A DNA stretch of 63,783 bases, the filler included, from Collodictyon triciliatum (Eukaryota): the NCBI GenBank assembly GCA_043381765.1. It is 5 parts of 5 records of this genome, joined end to end, with 100 filler letters (N's around TTAATTAATTAA, not from the genome) between each part and the next. Parts side by side here need not be neighbours in the genome. Positions count along the whole stretch, not along the records: positions 1 to 15,634 come from JBHJMP010001650.1; 4 more parts are not named here. The stretch is one strand, 5' to 3'. The notes below the pieces were generated by a model. It did no database searches, was not told the DNA's origin, and worked only from the letters and a program-made list of their open reading frames with translations. The translations under genes and the position numbers were made by a program. Below, one piece after another: positions 1 to 12,492 of the stretch (positions are counted from its first letter, which is position 1; every line of letters starts with the position of its first letter).

Positions 1-532
1 GCGCATCATTGGATGCTATTGTTTCGTCGTTGAACCCGCATTATGTCTCAATTGCGATGTATCATTATCCCATAGTACTCACATCCTGTCGTTTCACGAG
101 AACTTGCTTACGCCGAAAGTGAATTTTTTCTGTTTCTCTTGTTTTTGTTTTATTTTACATTGAAAGTGCAAGAAAGCGTATAGAATAACTTTGACGGCGA
201 ATGCAATCGACCATAATCAGTGTAGGTAAATCCGAAGTAAAAGAGGATCAGCGCTACAGTACTAACTCGCAAACACCACCGGATTTCATCCAGAGCAACT
301 CACTTCAAAAATAGAAATGATGGGTGCATATCAAGCGCTATACTATTGGTGGTAGTAGTATTTTTGGGGTAGGGGGCACAAAGCCAACAGCATCTTTTTC
401 AGAAGCAAAAAAGCTCGAGATTTATTACTGCTATATTTATTTTAGTCACTTGATAGATAAATTGCAATGTGTCCCGGGCTGGTGAGAGAATGCTTCCGCG
501 CAGGACAACAGACATGATAAACTCTTGTAGGT

Positions 533-3500
533 TTAGCTACTATTTTCTTCATCTTCGTTCAGAGAAACAATTAAGTCTATCGATGATAATGTCTTTGGTG
601 CCGGGGCTGCCAGAGATGCACGCCCGATTCCTGCAAGCCATTGGTTCCTTATTATGGCACTTTCGACCTGGTCGTTAAATCAGTATTTATTAAAGAAAAA
701 TTAACATGATTGAAAATTCTCTCAAAAACATACATACATACATACATACATACATACATACATACATACATACATACNNNNNNNNNNNNNNNNNNNNNNN
801 NNNNNNNNNNNNNNNNNNNNNNNNNNNNNNNNNNNNNNNNNNNNNNNNNNNNNNNNNNNNNNNNNNNNNNNNNNNNNNNNNNNNNNNNNNNNNNNNNNNN
901 NNNNNNNNNNNNNNNNNNNNNNNNNNNNNNNNNNNNNNNNNNNNNNNNNNNNNNNNNNNNNNNNNNNNNNNNNNNNNNNNNNNNNNNNNNNNNNNNNNNN
1001 NNNNNNNNNNNNNNNNNNNNNNNNNNNNNNNNNNNNNNNNNNNNNNNNNNNNNNNNNNNNNNNNNNNNNNNNNNNNNNNNNNNNNNNNNNNNNNNNNNNN
1101 NNNNNNNNNNNNNNNNNNNNNNNNNNNNNNNNNNNNNNNNNNNNNNNNNNNNNNNNNNNNNNNNNNNNNNNNNNNNNNNNNNNNNNNNNNNNNNNCCCGC
1201 CCAGCTTCCAAAGAACTCCCTGGGTGACTGCTGTTTGCCCTATTGGCGATGATATCGTCGTGGCCTCAGGGAGGAAGCGTTTGACGCATTGGCTGCACAA
1301 CCACCTGGAATGACCACTAGCGAGTTGGATTTCTTGGAGGTACTGCTTCCAATCACTCCCTGGGTCAACTTCTGATAAAAATTGGTCCCACTCCCTGACT
1401 CTGCTCCCATCTACTATCTCAGATGATAAATCCTGCTCGTAAAAGTTGAGAATATGTGAAATCTTCTCTTTCAACTCCGAGGCCTTCGGTGACCCACCCT
1501 CGGCTGACATTGCGTGGGATATAGCCATCAAAGACAACCGAACAGATGTGTTTGAAATTTTGAATACTTTCATATTGTTCATTACTAAGCTACCATGGTG
1601 CAGGAGAAACTCCTTTGGGTTTGAAATAGAATATCCTGGATGTTTCACTGAGTGAGGAGAGTTTGGTTTGTCGCACATCAGATACAGCTTCCAAGTGGAG
1701 CTTGTTTCCAGAGTTTCACCGGCTTCAATCCAAAACAAAGTGGGTGTGCTTGTCCCATCGAATACTATCTCGGCTGGTGCAACCCATTCAGCAGGGTAAG
1801 ACCTCCAATCGTTCGAATGAATTTGATGTGTGGTACATATTTTTTCTGCTGTATTATCAATTAGGCTTGATTTGAGGATTGAAGATGCAGTTAGAAAATT
1901 GGACGATTCATGGTTCATGCATTTGGGGCACACAACAAACTCTTGGGAACGAATTTGTATTCCAGGAAATGTCTCTTGGACTTGTTCCATAAGTGAAATC
2001 ACCTTTTGAACCCCTTCCCATGAATCATACGAAGGACTTCTGGACCTGACACGCAGGACGATATACGGTTCGTCCGGGAAATGTTCCAATGAAACATGAA
2101 AATGCGCCTCTGGGCTTTCTTCTGTGGCTGAAAGGTGCACAATTGTATGTGAGCCGCTAAAAAAGTCCTTTGTCGGAAGTCTTGTTGATTTTGGATGTTT
2201 ATGTGATGCCCTCTGAAGTTTGGATGTTATGTTTCCAAACAGGGCTTTGGGGAGGATTTCGTATTTGAAAACATAAGTGGTCGAATTAAAGTACTCTGGT
2301 GGGCCGGGTGGCCTGGTGGGCCATACATTTGATGTGGGTATCCCAATCGGCGACAACGCAGGAAACACTTCGAATCCATCCTCTGTGGGGAATGAAAGAA
2401 GGAAATGTCGAAAAATGTTTTGCACAAAATCTGCCATTCTGGGGAAGATTTGCTCATACTGTCCCAAGAGTTCTGACTGAGAATATACCCCAACATCAAA
2501 AGAACTACGCACAAAACTGAATACCTGGAGAAAAACCTTGATAAGATATTCCGGACAGCATATAATCCTCTCTCGCAGTTGCGGTGTATTATGCCAAACA
2601 ACAACTCCAAGGTCATGCAGGAAGCGCAGGATGTTATGTGGATTAATTGTCGGAGCAACGTCCTTTGCTTTGATACTAAACTCTGATAGGTCGCATAGCG
2701 GAGGGTCTCGCTTCTTTGAAATGTCCTCGACAAATTCTTTTAGCTGAATGTATGCCTTTGGTATAGGACAATTTATATTTTCTAGCTTCATCATCGCATT
2801 TGATATCACCTGCTTCAATTGAATAAGGCCATCTCCAGTCTTGTTGCTAATAAATATGTTTTCTTCGAAAATTACATTATGCTTAAACTGGTCAGTGATA
2901 TCCTTTAATTCGGCTTCCAGTCTCTGGTATATAGGTGCATCCCTATTGGGAGGAAGCATATCTGTGTTTGTTCCAACTGGTATTATCCGAGTTCCAGGAG
3001 CAACAGATGATATGACAGTAAGCCAATCACTGACCTTACTAGCCGCAGGCCCAGTAGATGAATTCCAAACTAGGAGGACCAAGGCCCCCGCAGATATGAA
3101 AAATGGATGAGTGATTTGAAATTCGGACTGACCACCAAAGTCCCATACTGTGAGATGCAGCTTTTCTCTACTTGTTTGCAACTCAAGCTTTTCTTTTATT
3201 ATCTCTGCACCCATCGTAGCAACAGATTGGTAAGTGCATGTACTCGAAAATCGGAATGACTTTTGTAGCAGTGATTTTGATAGTGTTGTTTTTCCAGTCG
3301 CCTGCTCTCCGATTAGTAATATTCGACCCTGTAGCCAGAGATCAGTCCCATCTAGAGAAGCTCGAAGGAATTCAAATAAGCCGCTTATACCCTGTTTGAT
3401 TACATTTTGTGGAGGGTATGTGATTGGGTTGCTTTCTAGCATGATATTTTTTACGGAGGTGAGGAATCCCAACGATAAAGGAAGCGCCTGAATCTGTTTT

Positions 3501-6145
3501 GGCTGTTGTTTAGCAAGATGCATGAAAAAAAAAATGCAATTTATTTGTAATACATTTCATTCTACAGTGGATGTATTTTAGATGGAAATTGATTCACTTG
3601 ATTTTCCCACATGTGGAGTACTTGTAAGGATGTCATTCTCCCTATAGATTCTGGTAGACTTGATATCTTTTAAAAAAATGATAGTGTAATAAGTGTAAAG
3701 AGACTGTGTTTTTTTCCCTTGATTCGATTCAAAATAGTATAAACAAACGTTAAACTATTCTAAAGGTTTAATGCTTGATTTGAAATTGTAAGAAACATGG
3801 TATATTTAATGATAGAGACTTTGCGATATAGTTACCATATTTTGGGATACATCAAGTGATTCTAGCAAAACAAATTGTCCGATACAATCGGGTAATTCAG
3901 ATATCTTTGAAATTAGAATAATGTAAGTAACAATTTATTTGGTCCTGTGTTAATTCTTTCCTTTATTACTCGAAAATTCTTTTATTCAATTCAAGGCTCC
4001 TTTTCTTTTCAAAATAGAATCGATTTGAAATATATCCGTTTTTTTTTTTTTAGAAAAAAAAAAAAGAAACCTGATTTTGGGCCAAGCAAAGCTCACGAAT
4101 GTTGCATAATCTTCCTATCGACTCGGGTAGGAGAGATATCTGGAAATTTGAGGATAAGTGTAATTTTTTTATTGTCAACAAAAAAATGGATTTATTTTAA
4201 AAAAAATAGACCGTAAAGGTTAAAAGAAATTAGAATTTTTGATAAATTTCAGTATCGAATTTCCTCTGAGAAAAAAAAAGAAACCTGGTTATCTTGTAGA
4301 AATAATGAAGTTATTTCACTCAGAGCACCTATGAAGTTTGGTATACTAGATATCTAGAAAGTAGAAAGAACGAAAAATTAATATAAGGTTATCGTGATAT
4401 TCATAAAGAGAAAAAGGGCATATATAGTAAGTTATAGTAGTAATACTCTGTTCTTTTGCATGGCAAGATGTCTAAGTCTGACAAGACAAGTAATAGTATC
4501 TGGTAGATTTTCCAGCTTTTTATTTTTTTGTAGAGGGGTTAGATGAGTGTATGATTATATCTTTAAGAATAAATTATTTGTTAATGAAGGATAAGGTTAC
4601 TGCAAAATGACAGAATTGCATCGACACAATACCTTATTACTGGCCAGTGAGAAGTATGTTAGCGAAGTTAAAAGACTGATGGATATTGGTACCGATGATA
4701 GCTATATTTTATTTTTGGTGAATTAACTTCAACCAATTAAGGGAATATTGATATGAGTTTGTTCTGTGATTTTTTCCGAGCTTATCTGAATTCTTGTTGT
4801 CTTTTTTTCCATTCTTTTCATATGTTCATATTGAGTATATATCATTTCAAATCAATGAAAAACAATCGCGCAAAATATCCCCATTAAATATCTTCCATGG
4901 AGTTAAATCAAATGATACAATTTATTTCTAAAGAAAAAATGGCTAACCTGATTGGAGGAAAAATCTAGACTCTTAAGTAAGGAATACTGCATAATGAATG
5001 ATGGAATGGATACTAGCTAGATTATGATGAATGGTATGTGAATATGGATCATTTGTGATTACATGAGCCTTATATCGTTCATTGTAGTATTTACTTCCTC
5101 CTGCGTTTAAATTGGGCTTTATTTCATGAAGCCTTTATTTTTTTTTTTTTTGGTTTCTTTTCAACAGTTTATTGAGAGAAAACAAAGCCGAGGAAACCGC
5201 CTTCGCCTTCATGAAGCCTTTATGAAATACCTGATTTTCGCTCAAGAGAATCTGTTGAATAGATGATAGGCAATCCATGAAGTCAGGTAGGATACTCAAC
5301 TAAGATTGTCTATTTTTTAGAAATATCTAAAAGGGAAATGAGGCTTTTCTACTAAAGGATAGTCTATTGTGTCACAGCATTTCGTAAAGTCTCGTTTCAA
5401 TATTGAGCGCCTTTACGAAGTGATGAGGAGACTTAGTTATGTGAGAGAAACTTTGAGCAAAGCATGCTCTGTTATTGTAAAATATAATTAACATATGTAT
5501 TTATAAAAAAAAAATAGCAATTAGACGTTTGTCTGTTCAAAATAGCCCGATATACATGCAGAAGATTGCATACAATGATAGCTTTAAAAAATAGTTGATG
5601 TAAAGTGGGCACAAAAGCTCAGTTTCGAAAAATTCGAATTGTAAAAAAGGGAAGGACAAAACAAGGATTGTTTTGTAAATGGTGTAATTTTAAAGAGATT
5701 TTGTTTTGTGTTAAAGGTTTAAGGCAAAGAGTAAGAAATCATGAAACAATGAAACAAACTAGTATGGGCATAATAGAATAGAAGAGCAAACTAAAGAAGA
5801 AGCAAAGAAGCAAATGAATAAAGAAACAGAGAAACAGAGAAACAGAGAAACACAGAAATAGAGAAATAGAGAAACAGAGAAACAGAGAAACAGAGAAACA
5901 GAGAAACAGAGAAACAGAGAAACAGAGAAACAGAGAAACAGATACTTTGGCTTCAAACAACCACAAACATGATTTTTTGAGAGACTGAGCCAGGTTAGCT
6001 TGGAGAGGCGGGAGATCGCCCGAGGTATTTCTCCAGGGAATTTGCTGCAAGCATTCAACTCTTCACAAAGCTCCAGCCTCAAAGGATGAAGCTGCAAGAG
6101 CTTTGCGAGGTGATCTACTTCCGACGGCGGGGTTGAGGGATCCAT
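533..6145 (-). CDS. Roco protein: LRR - ROC GTPase - COR - TORNADO1/bacterial-type C-terminal region - PH domain (multi-exon, part hidden in N gap)
   Basis: Exon 1 5969-6145 (MDPSTPP...LSLSKNH); eight 69-nt LRR exons between 3598 and 5299; large exon about 1197-3493 with P-loop GEQATGKTT, G3 WDFGGQ, G4 GTNTD, G5 ISNKTG and COR motif LRFLHDLGVVVW; it ends TQGVLWKLGG (PH strand 1). Last exon 533-667 VESAIIRNQWLAGIGRA (PH C-terminal helix), then TAA. Confidence 0.9.
5123..5223 (-). mobile_element. 69-bp polyadenylated insertion with 16-bp target-site duplication
   Basis: Direct repeat TTCATGAAGCCTTTAT at 5123-5138 and 5208-5223; on the minus strand the insert has AATAAA and a poly(A) tail. Confidence 0.8.
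5823..5942. repeat. (GAAACAGA)n octamer tandem repeat in Roco intron 1
   Basis: Directly visible. Confidence 0.95.
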
Positions 6146-6264
6146 CAAAACTGTCACTGGTCTGTGACTGCCTCGATCGCGGTGTGTTTTGCAACCAAGT
6201 TCCCAGGGGGTTGGCAGCCTTTGTTCGCGATTGTTTTGTTGGGTTAGACTAACGATTATTGTCA

Positions 6265-6431
6265 TTTTTTTTTCACTTTTTTTTTCACTTTTCACTTCTT
6301 TTTTTTTTTCTTCACTTTTTTTCTTCACTTTTTCGCTTCACATTTTTCTTCACTTTTTTTTCTTCACTTTTTTTTCTTCACTTTTTTTTCTTCACTTTTT
6401 TTTCTTCACTTTTTTTTCTTCACTTTTTCAC
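6265..6431. repeat. (TTCTTCACTTTTTT)n-type tandem repeat upstream of the Roco start
   Basis: Directly visible. Confidence 0.9.
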
Positions 6432-7383
6432 TGTTGTCTGTGACGTTTTTTCTCGGTTTGCGGGTACGAGAACACCACGTCAAACGGCCAATGATGGCTG
6501 TCTTTGTGTGGAATATATTGCTTGCAGGTTAAAAAATCAGCAATACCTTACATTCACACATATGCCTATAAAATTTTACTGANNNNNNNNNNNNNNNNNN
6601 NNNNNNNNNNNNNNNNNNNNNNNNNNNNNNNNNNNNNNNNNNNNNNNNNNNNNNNNNNNNNNNNNNNNNNNNNNNNNNNNNNNNNNNNNNNNNNNNNNNN
6701 NNNNNNNNNNNNNNNNNNNNNNNNNNNNNNNNNNNNNNNNNNNNNNNNNNNNNNNNNNNNNNNNNNNNNNNNNNNNNNNNNNNNNNNNNNNNNNNNNNNN
6801 NNNNNNNNNNNNNNNNNNNNNNNNNNNNNNNNNNNNNNNNNNNNNNNNNNNNNNNNNNNNNNNNNNNNNNNNNNNNNNNNNNNNNNNNNNNNNNNNNNNN
6901 NNNNNNNNNNNNNNNNNNNNNNNNNNNNNNNNNNNNNNNNNNNNNNNNNNNNNNNNNNNNNNNNNNNNNNNNNNNNNNNNNNNNNNNNNNNNNNNNNNNN
7001 NNNNNNNNNNNNNNNNNNNNNNNNNNNNNNNNNNNNNNNNNNNNNNNNNNNNNNNNNNNNNNNNNNNNNNNNNNNNNNNNNNNNNNNNNNNNNNNNNNNN
7101 NNNNNNNNNNNNNNNNNNNNNNNNNNNNNNNNNNNNNNNNNNNNNNNNNNNNNNNNNNNNNNNNNNNNNNNNNNNNNNNNNNNNNNNNNNNNNNNNNNNN
7201 NNNNNNNNNNNNNNNNNNNNNNNNNNNNNNNNNNNNNNNNNNNNNNNNNNNNNNNNNNNNNNNNNNNNNNNNNNNNNNNNNNNNNNNNNNNNNNNNNNNN
7301 NNNNNNNNNNNNNNNNNNNNNNNNNNNNNNNNNNNNNNNNNNNNNNNNNNNNNNNNNNNNNNNNNNNNNNNNNNNNNNNNNNN

Positions 7384-7418
<35 letters not shown>

Positions 7419-7437
7419 ACTCACTCTCACTCTCACA

Positions 7438-7496
<59 letters not shown>

Positions 7497-7550
7497 CCTC
7501 ACTCTCACTCTCACCCTCACTCTCACCCTCACTCTCACTCCCACTCTCAC
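7384..7550. repeat. (CTCACT)n microsatellite
   Basis: Directly visible. Confidence 0.95.
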
Positions 7551-7581
7551 TCCCCATTGTTCTCACAATGCAGCACAAGAA

Positions 7582-10558
7582 ATGCATCGTGTGTTGGACC
7601 AATACATCACAAAATACTCGGGTGCCGCAGCCTTCCGCCCAGACATCGAATCGTACGTGCTTTTGCGAGAGTCCCTTTGCCAACTTTCACTAGACACACA
7701 AACACACCGCACACAGGCTGGACCGGCGCTCGGAAAGCCTCTGGCCGCAGTGGTCTGCCCCACCACAGCGAACAGCCACAGCCACAGCCACAGCCACAGC
7801 CACATCCACAGGCGCCCGCCCCGGACCAGCCCAGAGTTTTGCGTCGTCCACGCTGGGCCACCCGCCGCCACCCTCCTTTCAGCACTCGACGCTGTCTTCC
7901 ACAGGCGATGCACTGGGCCACTCGCACCTGGGACTTTCCCAACTGGGCACACCCGACACAGTGCACAACCACAGCCACAACCACAGCCACAGCCACAGCC
8001 ACAGCCACGAGCGATGGGCCACACCGCCGAAGCCCCCACTGCCGGACCGACCGCCCACCCCGCGCACGTCGCTGAGCTTTGCAGAAGCGCACAGCCGAGC
8101 AGAGCCGCCCCACCCCCACCCCCACCCCCACCCGCGCCCCACCTCCCATTCCCACACCCATCCCTACACCCCCACCCACCCGCGCACCCGCCCTGCATTC
8201 CACGAGGCACACGCGCACGCACTCTCCGCGTCCGACGCGACGGGCTTCGCGGCAGCAAGCGGAGGCTTCGATGCACCATTGCCCACGCCCATATTCACAT
8301 CCACACCCACAGCCATGTCTGCATCTGCATCTGCATCTGCATCTGGGTACACGCACGCATACACCCCCGCCGCCCCGCCGCCGCCCTCCCCCGCGCACAG
8401 ACCTGCGTCTCCGGCTGTGCCGCCCACCGGGGTGTCCCGTCTGCCGCCGAGCGGGATTGCGGTACGGACTTGCCTTTTGCAGACACATCCGCCTGTGCTC
8501 CTGCGTGCGTGTTGCGGGTCTCATCTTCTGTATCTGCTCATCGCCCCTCACTTCCCGTCTCTTTGCCTCTCTGCACCAGACGGATCTTTCCGACCTCCAC
8601 AGCCAAATACAGCACATTTCCATGAAGCTGGACTCCCTGGAGGTGGGGTATGTCGTCCTTTGCATCAGCGCTTTTGCCGCCATAGCCACCCTGCGTCGCA
8701 CTTGCATTTCCTACTCAGTGTCCCATCTTCCTTGTAAATCAATCCCTCCTATGGTCCACTTGTCTTAATTCACGCCCTCTCCGTTTTTTTTCTTCTTCTC
8801 TGTCTCTATATCCGTTTTTTCGACAAAATTTGCAAACTCAAACATGTCTGTTACCAGGACTGCTTTGGATGCCACTGCCATGGTGAGGAAGCTCGATCGT
8901 TTTAACTAACAATCTCCTTTCATTGTCTATTTCCCCTTAAAAATATTGGTACTTCATCTTTCCATTAATTATTATTTGTACGGGAGTGGAAGTTAACGGT
9001 CATCAACACACCACTCATAGACTGTAAGGCCTTTGAGCACCACCCCGCGCAATTATTCATTCACTGGAGATCCATATTTTCACGATACGCTCATGCATTC
9101 CAATACAAATCATGTGTCGGGATATTCATCAAAGATTCTACCAGGTTAGTACCACCTAACGTATGCCCAACCTATTCGCATGTGTGTTTATGAGTTTAGT
9201 CAGTTTTATAGAACAAACAAACACATAATTGAAAGGAATAATAAAAATAAAAATAAAAAACAGATAAACAAACAGATAATTCAATAGTTTGACCCTCTTT
9301 GCCAATCAACCAACCTGGACTACACTTTTTATTGCTCTTAAATATAAAAATACAAATATCAGATTTAACTGTGGAATCGAACGGTCTGGGCAATTCACTT
9401 GAGGATGACGCCCTATTCCCCATCACAGGCACTGAAAGTGTCCATTCATCAGGTGCTTTACCTACTCTCTTCAATTTTTATAAAGGCATTCAGTAATCAT
9501 AACGCCAGATTGAAGTGACATGACCCCAAAAAATATATATAAATTATTCTTTCTGACTCCAGGGCAAATTCAAAGAACAAACAAGTTGATTCGAAAGCTG
9601 AAACTGGTATAGCTATCATCAAAGCAATTTTGTATTTTCCACAATAAATTATGTAACTGTTTCCCAAATTTTCTTCTATATTCTGACTGTATTGTATAGG
9701 AAAAAGCACACGATACTCAAACAATACAAAGGCTGATGAGAGAAAACGAACATCTTCGGACACAAATATCTAAATATGAAGATGCTGCGCGACAGGTTTC
9801 TAACGCTACACAATCACCTTGAATACTTAGATGCCGATTAACCTCACTGTTTGTAAAATAATCAATATGTTCTTGGGTTTTCGGCTATACTGACAATTAG
9901 CACATCTAAATTTATAAAATATCATTCGAATGGTGATGATTATTACAGTGACAATAGTAGATTGAGTGTAATACAGAAGGTTCTTAATTTATTTATTTTT
10001 TTTAACAAATTACCAAATCAACAATTCAGGCGCAGATTTTAAAAGCAGATTTTGATTCTCTGACCCAATCCTTTCGCCAATCCGAGGTAACAATAAACGC
10101 TCAAAACCCATCGTATTTCATGGAGACACTATATTTTCTCCTTTTTTATTCAATTTTTCTTTCACAAACAGGAAATTCGCGATCAGCAAAAGAGCTACAT
10201 CGACACGCTGAAACAAGAAATTGTGCGGCTGCAGGCGGTACTTGCCACTTATTCCTATGTTCACTTTTTGTTTGCAGGGCTTCTTTATATAGTCATTAAT
10301 TTTTGCAGGTTTCTAAATTCACCGCTACATATAGGGGAGCAACAAACCAAAGCTCCCTCGACCTGGGCCGAGTTATCAGCCAGAAACACCGACGCCTACC
10401 AGCATGAGATACTCACAGAGTAAGTACACATTTTAATATATATGCCCTCTGTAAATATTCGAATGGGTACAGAATCTTAAAATGAAGAATATTTGTATTT
10501 GCTAGGTCCTGTATCTGGACGCAAAGTTGCCACTCCAACCAAACCAGTACGAAAGTAG
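7582..10558 (+). CDS. Unknown protein: Pro/His/Ser-rich low-complexity N-half and C-terminal coiled coil
   Basis: About 11 GT-AG exons join in frame (e.g. TDLSDLHSQIQHISMKLDSLE; AQILKADFDSLTQSFRQSE|EIRDQQKSYIDTLKQEIVRLQA; ...KVATPTKPVRK*). The start may lie in the upstream gap. Confidence 0.55.
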
Positions 10559-10913
10559 TCTACCCTATATATTGACCCTCTTATTGTGAATCAGGCGCTC
10601 CAGGAATGCTTGAATGATCTTCTACCACAAGCTTCTATTATACTTTATGAAAACAACAAAAGTGTTTGGTTTTCTTTAGCTGTTTCTAAATAAAGTTCCT
10701 TTTAATCGAACCAACGAAGAGTCCAAAAATACGTATAATCGTTAACATATCGGTTTAGTATTTATGTTCTGAGATATTCATCTGTATTTGCAAAGCAACA
10801 AGTTATATGTGATTCAACGGGCATCAATCGTTTATTTAGTGTGTCTTCTTGTGCCTGAATCTGCACATCATCCCAGTTGTTATCATTTTTTTGTTTTTGT
10901 GTTTCGTTTTTGT

Positions 10914-11002
10914 TTTGATTTGATTTGATTTGATTTGATTTGATTTGATTTGATTTGATTTGATTTGATTTGATTTGATTTGATTTGATTTGATTTGATT
11001 TG
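10914..11002. repeat. (TTTGA)n microsatellite
   Basis: Directly visible. Confidence 0.95.
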
Positions 11003-11202
11003 TTTCAAAGCACCAGATATGCAAGTTTCGAAAAATTTGAACGCAGAGTCCCTTCACACACTTTTTGGTGGGTCAGCAATCTTTTATATTCAGGGCAAGT
11101 ATGGGTAATTCAGTGGCAAGGTCATAAGTGGAAGCCCTCGATTGAGTACTTTGGAGTTCAGAGAGGCTCAGAAGGTGGCCAGCATTTTCTGGGAGGCTGC
11201 AA

Positions 11203-12349
11203 TCACTTCGATGACCGCCTTTTGGCCTCGAGTGCCACCATTGCCTGTCGGTGCTGGATTGGGATGTCTTTTCCGTCGAGGATTTCTGTGAGGGATAAAT
11301 ACAAAACCATCATCATTCGCACAGCCGCGTCTCTTGCGTGGGTGAGAATAGGTATCCAGTCAAATGAGCAAATGACGAGTACGCACATGTATCAGAGGGC
11401 CCTATGGGGACATACCAAGCGAGCGGGATGATACGACGACTTGCTGGCTGTATTTTGGCGTTGATGCAACCGGATTGGATGAGAAGTTTGCGTCGCGAAT
11501 ACCTCGACAGGACTGAAGCACGAGTTTGATTACCTGAACATAAGACTCTGAGTTAATCAGTCCGGCCAACCTGGTTCGTCCTCAGGTGCAGTTGCAGTGT
11601 CCCCCAAAGGAGTGCACATCATGCCGGAGAGAAAAGCAGGAGCAAGCGCGAGTACCTCCAAGTCCTGCAGCACATTCCCGGAGGCATCCAGTTTCTGGAG
11701 AGAGGCGAGGTGGCGAAGCGGGGAGATGTCTGCCAGGCGATTGTCTGTGATGGAGAGGACGAGGAGGCTATGCTATGTGTGTGGGGTGAGGAGAGGCGCA
11801 AACGCATGGCGGGGGAGCTGCAGCTCAAGACAAAGCGCATGCGTACCGCAAGAGCCTGAGTGGTGGCCTCGTCGATGGTGAAGTGTGCGTCATGTGGAAG
11901 CTGCTGCTTGCAGATATGCAGCTCCTGCAGATTGCGCAGGCCCTGCAACCCAGTCAGGCGCCCGATGGCGTTTCCGTCCAGGTAGAGCTTTGTCAGGCTG
12001 CGAAGGGAGGAAAGGTTTGCCAGCACCTGGATGCGGTTGCCTTGCAGGTACAGATGCGTGAGCGCAGCGGCAAAGTCGAGGTTTTCGATGGCTGTGATGC
12101 GGTTGTCGTACAGGTACAGCACTTGCAGTCCCACGCACTTCTCCAGGTTCTCCTACACGCGGTTGCGGGCGGGTGTTGAGTCCCAAGGGCGGGCGGGTGG
12201 GTGTTGAGCACGGCAAAGAGGGCACCCACGATTTTCTCGATCTGCTTGGAGTTGAGCCGCAGGTGCGAGGCCTTGGAGAGCGCCTGGGCCGCTGGCTGGG
12301 CGGGTGTGGCCTTCACCGTGGCCAGAAGGAGCTCCTCGGTGATCCGCAT
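11203..12349 (-). CDS. PPP1R42: SDS22-type LRR protein, protein phosphatase 1 regulatory subunit 42 (LRRC67/TLRR)-like
   Basis: 5 GT-AG exons: MRITEELLL...HLRLNSKQIEKI|ENLEKCVGLQVLYLYDNRITAIENLDFAAALTHLYLQGNRI...KLYLDGNAI...LQELHICKQQLP...|...EILDGKDI...KRRSSK*. Confidence 0.8.
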
Positions 12350-12492
12350 ACTCGCCTTGGGTTGCTTGGCTGCTGCGTCGCTTGCTGCCTTTGCGGCTAC
12401 GGTTTGTGTGTTTATTTGGCTGCGTGTTTATGTGGCTGCGGCGTGTGTCGTGCTTGTGTGCGTGTGGCCTGGCCAAAGGCAGAAAGGGACTA

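Noticed and set aside
6504-8768. Many long overlapping ORFs (poly-HS, RV, CG, QP)
   Set aside because: Artefacts of N gaps, microsatellites and high GC; only one spliced plus-strand frame is supported.
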